Made by a program: the position numbers and the translations under genes
Notes under the pieces: generated by a model
Told to the model about the DNA's origin: nothing
What the model saw: only the letters and a program-made list of their open reading frames with translations
Database searches by the model: none
Shown here: in pieces, positions 57,742 to 64,000 of the stretch
Position numbering within the stretch: position 1 is the stretch's first letter
Layout: each line of letters starts with the position of its first letter
Origin: Thermoanaerobaculia bacterium
GTDB taxonomy: Bacteria; Acidobacteriota; Thermoanaerobaculia; Multivoradales; Multivoraceae
DNA length: 64,000 bases
NCBI GenBank assembly: GCA_965214805.1
Contig: OZ243982.1
Coordinates: forward strand, 898,033 to 962,032
Reading direction: 5' to 3'

Positions 57742-58857
57742 CTACCGTAGTTCGGCAATCCTGTTGCGCTCGATCAGGTCGAAGTCGATCTCGACGCCGA
57801 GGCCGGGGCCCATCGGCGCGTGGACGCAGCCCTCATGGTCGACCTCGATGTCCTCGACCAGGCCATACTTCTGCGCGCCTGCCGGCAGCAGGACCTCGAA
57901 CCAGTCGCAGTTGCGGATTGCGGCGCTGATGTGCAGGTGGGCGACGTTGTTCAGCGAGTTTCCGCCGTGGTGGATCTCGAAGTTCATCCCGAAGCCTTCG
58001 GCCAGATGCGCCGCCTTGAGGCAGCCGGTGATGCCTCCCTTCAACGCGACGTCGCCGCGCAGGTAGTCGGTCGCCTGGTTGTGGATCCACGGAGCGAAGG
58101 AGTCGTACCAGGCGCCTGGGAACTCGGTGGCCAGAATCGGGATGCGCAGGTGCTGGCGGAGCTTCGTGTAGTTGTAGATGTCCTGGTCGCCGAGCGGATC
58201 CTCGTACCACTCGAAGTCCAGTTCCTCGAGCAGCCTGCCCACCCGCAGCGCCGACGGATAGTCGTATCCCCAGGTCGAATCGAGCATGAGCGGGAAGCCG
58301 TCGCCGACTGCCTCACGAACGGCCTGGCAGATGCGCATGTCGTCTCGCCAGACGCGGAACGGGTGGATCTTGTAGCCCTGCCAGCCGGCGGCCTGGTACG
58401 AGAGCGCCTGCTCGACGTAGGCCTCGACGCTCGGCTGCTGCTCTGAACTTGCGTACGCCGGCAGTCTTGTCCGGTAGGTCCCGAGCAGCCGGTGGATCGG
58501 CTCCGCAGCCGCCTTGCCAGCGATGTCCCAGAGCGCCACGTCGACCGCGCCGACGACCCAGGGCTGCACCACGAGGCGCCGCTCCAGCATCTCCTGATAG
58601 AGCTGCTCGCGGGCCAACGGGTCGCGGCCCATCACGATCGGCTTGAGCACTCTCAGCAAGGTCTGCGCCGTCATGCTCGTTCCCATGCCGAGGAACGAAT
58701 GCCCCTCGATTCCGTCGTCCGTGCGGATCGTCACCAGGCCGAGCTCGCCGACCCGGTCCGGTTGGCCTGTCGGATCGAACGGACCGCGCCCCAGGTAGGA
58801 GTGCGGAGGGATGTCTTTCCAGGCGAAGACGGTGATGCCGAGGTCGTCGATCTTCAT
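57742..58857 (-). CDS. Enolase-superfamily enzyme (mandelate racemase / muconate lactonizing enzyme family; sugar-acid dehydratase-like)
   Basis: The MKI start and the MR/MLE-like body (catalytic KxK-type region, DSTWGY, EDP, metal-binding acidic residues) are present. The ATG was chosen at 58857. Confidence 0.7.
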   Translation of the reverse strand: MKIDDLGITVFAWKDIPPHSYLGRGPFDPTGQPDRVGELGLVTIRTDDGIEGHSFLGMGTSMTAQTLLRVLKPIVMGRDPLAREQLYQEMLERRLVVQPWVVGAVDVALWDIAGKAAAEPIHRLLGTYRTRLPAYASSEQQPSVEAYVEQALSYQAAGWQGYKIHPFRVWRDDMRICQAVREAVGDGFPLMLDSTWGYDYPSALRVGRLLEELDFEWYEDPLGDQDIYNYTKLRQHLRIPILATEFPGAWYDSFAPWIHNQATDYLRGDVALKGGITGCLKAAHLAEGFGMNFEIHHGGNSLNNVAHLHISAAIRNCDWFEVLLPAGAQKYGLVEDIEVDHEGCVHAPMGPGLGVEIDFDLIERNRIAELR

Positions 58858-59012
58858 CAGACACGGCTCGCCTGCGAAGAACCGGGGATCAGCTGCCGGC
58901 GCCCTGCGGCGTCGGGAGCGGCGTGGGTGGAAGACCGGGCCATCGGAGTTCCTCACGAGTGGTCGTGGACATGCCTGAACGCGTCCCGTGGAGGCTATCG
59001 TGACAGGAAGAG

Positions 59013-59096
59013 GGTCGGCTTGCCGGCTCCTTGCCCGCGAGACGGGCTGGCGTCAAGTGCTTCGGGCGGCCGTGTCGGCTTGCCGGCTCCTTGGCC
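59013..59096. repeat. Two 24-bp direct repeats (gtcggcttgccggctccttgSccg) 60 bp apart upstream of the kinase-like gene
   Basis: The copies are at 59013-59036 and 59073-59096. The second also forms a 9-bp stem hairpin (cttgccggc/gccggcaag). Confidence 0.7.
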
Positions 59097-59174
59097 GGCA
59101 AGGGGGGCTGAAGTTGCTGACGGGGTCCTGCACGAGGAGTTCGTTCATCTGGCACTGCCCAGGCCGCAGAGCGG

Positions 59175-60362
59175 GTGCTCAGGACGCACTCGGCGGAGGA
59201 GATCCGGCGCGTTGACGGCTGGCTCGTCCGGGTTTCCGTGCCAACATCCAGGCCCGTGAAAGCCGGCGACATCATCTCGCGCTTCCGGGTGCACGGCTCG
59301 CTGCCGTGCCTGCCAGGCGAGTTGCCGCTACCGCTGTACCGGGCCCAGGACATCGGCGCGCGATCGTGGGTGCTGGTCGAGTGCTTCCCCGAGGATGCGC
59401 CGCATGCCGAGGTCGAGGCGTCCGCGCAGCGGGCGGCGGTTCTCGCGGCCGCCACCAACGACGAAGGAGAACACCGTGTCCAGCGCCTCGTCGATCGGTC
59501 GCTCGATCCTCCGGCGTTTCTCGCCTGGTCTCTGAGCGGCGGCGAGACCCTTCGTCAGCGTCTCCAGCGCTCCCCGCTCAGCCTCGAGCAGGCCGCCGAT
59601 ACGGGTCTCGCCTTGGCGCGCTCGCTGCGCAACCTGCACCGGGCCGGCGTGGTCCACGGCGGCCTGCGTCCGGCGAATGTCCAACTGCTGGGGGGCGGCA
59701 GGGTGGGTCTGCTGGCTCCGTCCAGCCTGGGACCCATGACGCTGGCGGCGGCCAACGAGGCACTCGACGCGGCGAGCCTGTGGACCGCGGCCTACCTCTC
59801 ACCCGAGCAGATCGACGGGGCCCAGGCCGCGACCGCCGGCTTTCCGGCGCCGTTCACCACCGCGGATGACGTCTGGACGCTGGGCGTCGTGCTGCATGAA
59901 CTCGTCACGGGGGAGTTGCCCTTCCTGGCCAGCACGTTCGGCGCGATGAAGCGCGCGGTTGTCGCCCAGCCCGTCGACCTTGCCGGCACGCTTCCCGGCA
60001 GCGCGCCCGACGCCTTCGAAGCGGTGTTCGCGGCGGCCCTCGACCGGGACGCCGATCGTCGCCGCGCCGCACTGGACGACGTGATCGGCCGGCTGCGCCA
60101 GGTCAAGGCGGAACTTCGCCCGCAGGTCCGGCCGCCGATCGGCAGCGTGGCCCGCAAGCAGGCCCGGAAAGCGGCTGCAGCGACGGATCATTCCGCTGTC
60201 GGCCCGGCTGAGCCGGAGTGGAAATCCGCGATCTCGCGGATCGGCCGTAAGCGCCGTCGGCTCGCCCGAGAGCGCCCGGCGCCGGCATTGTGGCGCGTGC
60301 TGATCGGACCGCTTGCGGCCCTGCTGTTGACCGCCGCTGCACTGGCGGCCTGGTTGTTCTGA
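59175..60362 (+). CDS. Ser/Thr protein-kinase-like protein (predicted pseudokinase) with C-terminal TM anchor
   Basis: The kinase-like core reads LHRAGVVHGGLRPANVQL where HRDLKPxN is expected, so the catalytic Asp is replaced by Gly. Downstream comes SPEQ...DVWTLGVVLHELVTGELPF. The C-terminal helix is LWRVLIGPLAALLLTAAALAAWLF. Confidence 0.5.
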   Translation: MLRTHSAEEIRRVDGWLVRVSVPTSRPVKAGDIISRFRVHGSLPCLPGELPLPLYRAQDIGARSWVLVECFPEDAPHAEVEASAQRAAVLAAATNDEGEHRVQRLVDRSLDPPAFLAWSLSGGETLRQRLQRSPLSLEQAADTGLALARSLRNLHRAGVVHGGLRPANVQLLGGGRVGLLAPSSLGPMTLAAANEALDAASLWTAAYLSPEQIDGAQAATAGFPAPFTTADDVWTLGVVLHELVTGELPFLASTFGAMKRAVVAQPVDLAGTLPGSAPDAFEAVFAAALDRDADRRRAALDDVIGRLRQVKAELRPQVRPPIGSVARKQARKAAAATDHSAVGPAEPEWKSAISRIGRKRRRLARERPAPALWRVLIGPLAALLLTAAALAAWLF

Positions 60363-60417
60363 GCCGGCCCTCGTGTTCTGAGCCGGCCCGCTTCGCGAGA
60401 GTCGCCGATTCTGCCGG

Positions 60418-60762
60418 TCAGGCGGCTTCTGCGGCGGTGACGGTCACGGTGACGGTGCCGTCGTCGGCCTTCATGGCCGAGCCGGTGACCTTGGCGGCCT
60501 GGCCGCCGAGACCTTCGAGCGTCTTGATCGCGTCAGCGTCCGAGCCGGCGCGGTCGATCCTGACGACGTCGTCTCCGACCAGAAGACCCATGTCGTTGCC
60601 CTTCTTCAGGCAGGTCGCAGCGCAGCCGGCGTGACCGGCACCCTTCTGTCCATTGCCGAAGCAGACCATGTCGAGGACCTCGCCGGTCCAGGTGTCACCC
60701 GCCAGAGCGGGCGCTCCGACCATCAACGAAAGAGCCAGAACCGCAAACAGTACCTTCTTCAT
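60418..60762 (-). CDS. Small secreted protein (114 aa) with 4 Cys and a His
   Basis: The ATG at 60762 follows a GGAGGA RBS, and it has a signal peptide (MKKVLFAVLALSLMVGAPALA). It contains CFGNGQKGAGHAGCAATC. Confidence 0.45.
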   Translation of the reverse strand: MKKVLFAVLALSLMVGAPALAGDTWTGEVLDMVCFGNGQKGAGHAGCAATCLKKGNDMGLLVGDDVVRIDRAGSDADAIKTLEGLGGQAAKVTGSAMKADDGTVTVTVTAAEAA

Positions 60763-60902
60763 GTCGAGTCCTCCAGTTGGCTTCAAGGCAAGGGTCAAGT
60801 CGCTGTTGCCGGACAGTAGCACAGCAGAGAGCCGGCGCAGCCGGGGGTCTCTGCCTTTCCCGTGCAGTCCTGCTGCCCGTTCCTGTGCCATAGTCCGCGG
60901 CC

Positions 60903-62579
<1,677 letters not shown>

Positions 62580-62846
62580 GGCGGCGCCGAGCTCTCACGA
62601 GGACCGTGACGAGCGCTATCGCGCCGCCGAGCAGCGCGAGAGCCGGCGTGTCGGCGCCCTTGTCGCCCAACATGGCATTGAGACCGGCGCCGGCGAGAAC
62701 GCCGATCAGCAGCGCGAGCAGAGCCCTTCCGACGACGGGGACCTTGGGGCGGGAACTTCCTTCAGTCATAGCCGGTCCCGATCCTGCAAGTCGTTCTGGC
62801 GGCGCATGACCGCTGCGGCGTGCCGCGCGTGACTCGAAGCCAGGAT

Positions 62847-63980
62847 TCAGACCTCCCCTCGCAGCGCCTGGAGAACCAGGTCCCGGGCCCGGCGCGGCTC
62901 GTAGATGAACACTCTGCGCACCTTGGGGCCGACCCGATAGCGAAACCGCGCCAACCGCCTGGCCTGGCCGCTGTGCGGCCGGGCGACGTTCAACGCGTAG
63001 TGCGATTTCGACTGGCCGGAGCCTCTCGCCAGGCGGCGCAAGTCGTCGGCGGAAACCTGGCTCCAGTCAACGCAGGAACCGAGAGGGGCAAGCAGATCGC
63101 CGCCGTAGCGGTGCACGGACTCGACCCGGAAGCCGGTGCGAATCAGGCGGGCCAGATCTCGGGAGCGGATGGCGCGGGCGCAGTCGCCCGCGATCGGCGG
63201 CAGCGGCAGCCGGTCGAATCGGCGTGCCGCCGCCGGCAGTCGGCGAAAGGCCGCGGCCGCCACGGCGCCGGCGCGGCCGTTCCACTGGTGCCTGGCTGGA
63301 CCCACGTAGTCATCCACGAACAGCCTGCCCGCGGGTTCCAGGGCATCGAGCACGGCGACCAGCAGGCGCTCCAACCGCAGGTGAACGGAGAAGCCGCCGA
63401 TGCAACAGACTGCCTGGTAGGCAGCCGAGGGCAGCTCGGGACGGCGGGGATCCAGGATCAGATGGTGGATGCGGGCATCATTCGGTCGGTGCGAAGACAC
63501 GTCGGCGGCGACGTCGACGCGGGCGGCGAAGCCGGTGCGGAGGAGCTCCGGGGCCCAGGCTTCGTCGCCCAGCAGGAGGACGCGGTCCAAGGGCTGGGGC
63601 GAGGCGTGCTCCGCGATCCAGTTGCCGGGAGCGGGCGCGTTGATCGCGGCGCGGACCTTGGCGGGCAAGCCCCAGACTGGGGGCGACGGTTCGGGCTCGC
63701 CGCCTCGGACGAGGCCGGCGGCACCGGGGCCGGGGCCTCGTTGCTCCAGGCCTCGGCGTGACTCCCTTTGCTGGCGCCACTGGAGGCGGAAATACAGAGC
63801 GTGCTTGCGCTCGGAGCAGGTGCGGCAGGTGCCGCAGGGGTTGCCCGTGCGCAGACCGTCGGTGATGGAGGACAGGAGCGGCGAGCGCTCCACTTCGGCG
63901 AGGGTCGTCTCGGGGTAGAGACCGATCGGCTGCTCTTCCCAGAAGATGCAGGGCGAGACCGCGCCGTTCGGCCGCACCAC
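62847..63980 (-). CDS. Methyltransferase-domain protein with N-terminal Cys cluster, possibly 5'-partial at window edge
   Basis: It has a CGTCRTC motif and a class I MTase-like segment (VLLLGDEAWAPELL..VCCIGGFSVHL..LDALEPAGRLFVDD). The ORF may extend beyond 64000. Confidence 0.35.
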   Translation of the reverse strand: MVRPNGAVSPCIFWEEQPIGLYPETTLAEVERSPLLSSITDGLRTGNPCGTCRTCSERKHALYFRLQWRQQRESRRGLEQRGPGPGAAGLVRGGEPEPSPPVWGLPAKVRAAINAPAPGNWIAEHASPQPLDRVLLLGDEAWAPELLRTGFAARVDVAADVSSHRPNDARIHHLILDPRRPELPSAAYQAVCCIGGFSVHLRLERLLVAVLDALEPAGRLFVDDYVGPARHQWNGRAGAVAAAAFRRLPAAARRFDRLPLPPIAGDCARAIRSRDLARLIRTGFRVESVHRYGGDLLAPLGSCVDWSQVSADDLRRLARGSGQSKSHYALNVARPHSGQARRLARFRYRVGPKVRRVFIYEPRRARDLVLQALRGEV

Positions 63981-64000
63981 GACGGTATGGCGGGGCCAGG

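Noticed and set aside
59175-60362. Active Ser/Thr protein kinase
   Set aside because: The catalytic-loop Asp is replaced (HGGLRPAN) and the glycine-rich loop and VAIK Lys are not evident. It is therefore called a pseudokinase or kinase-like protein rather than an active kinase.

Overview
This is a 64 kb window of about 70% GC bacterial chromosome. The six-frame track is therefore full of long spurious arginine/proline-rich antisense ORFs. The real genes were picked out by protein-like composition, signal peptides, RBS/start context and recognisable family motifs. The gene content suggests an Acidobacteria-like soil bacterium, though this is not certain. Pointers are a VWA protein with the TIGR03436-type N-terminus, TonB-dependent receptors and a CarboxypepD_reg-repeat secreted protein, and a PSCyt1-type cytochrome c domain. 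No rRNA, tRNA, CRISPR array, transposase or integrase was seen. From start to end the window holds: (1) a partial sulfatase, a TAT-signal FAD oxidoreductase with a cupin partner, and a two-gene module of large secreted proteins whose second gene carries an apparent frameshift; (2) a minus-strand operon VWA, TPR, TPR, ASPIC/UnbV; (3) a glycoside-utilisation locus (MFS, LacI, TonB receptor, GH3, Na+/solute symporter) with candidate LacI operators; (4) a small accessory patch with a HicAB toxin-antitoxin pair, a membrane protein with a duplicated 24-aa motif, and a cytochrome c fused to a PHM-like copper monooxygenase fold; (5) recC-recB-recD with GTGA/ATGA overlaps; (6) a cobalamin riboswitch in front of a BtuB-like TonB receptor; (7) a roughly 16 kb glycan-biosynthesis cluster (41785-57415, extended to 58857 by the adjacent enolase gene) that looks novel, predicted to build a modified, probably C-methylated and O-acetylated, heptose-derived nucleotide sugar. 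It contains an HddC-GmhB fusion, an SDR dehydratase/epimerase, an RmlC-like cupin, an HddA kinase, a sugar C-methyltransferase preceded by a 17-bp x3 tandem repeat of coupled mini-ORFs, GT2s, an acetyltransferase, a Wzx flippase, a GT-C membrane protein and a sulfatase-fold protein with Thr at the nucleophile position; (8) a tail-anchored pseudokinase, a small secreted Cys protein, ilvD and a partial methyltransferase.
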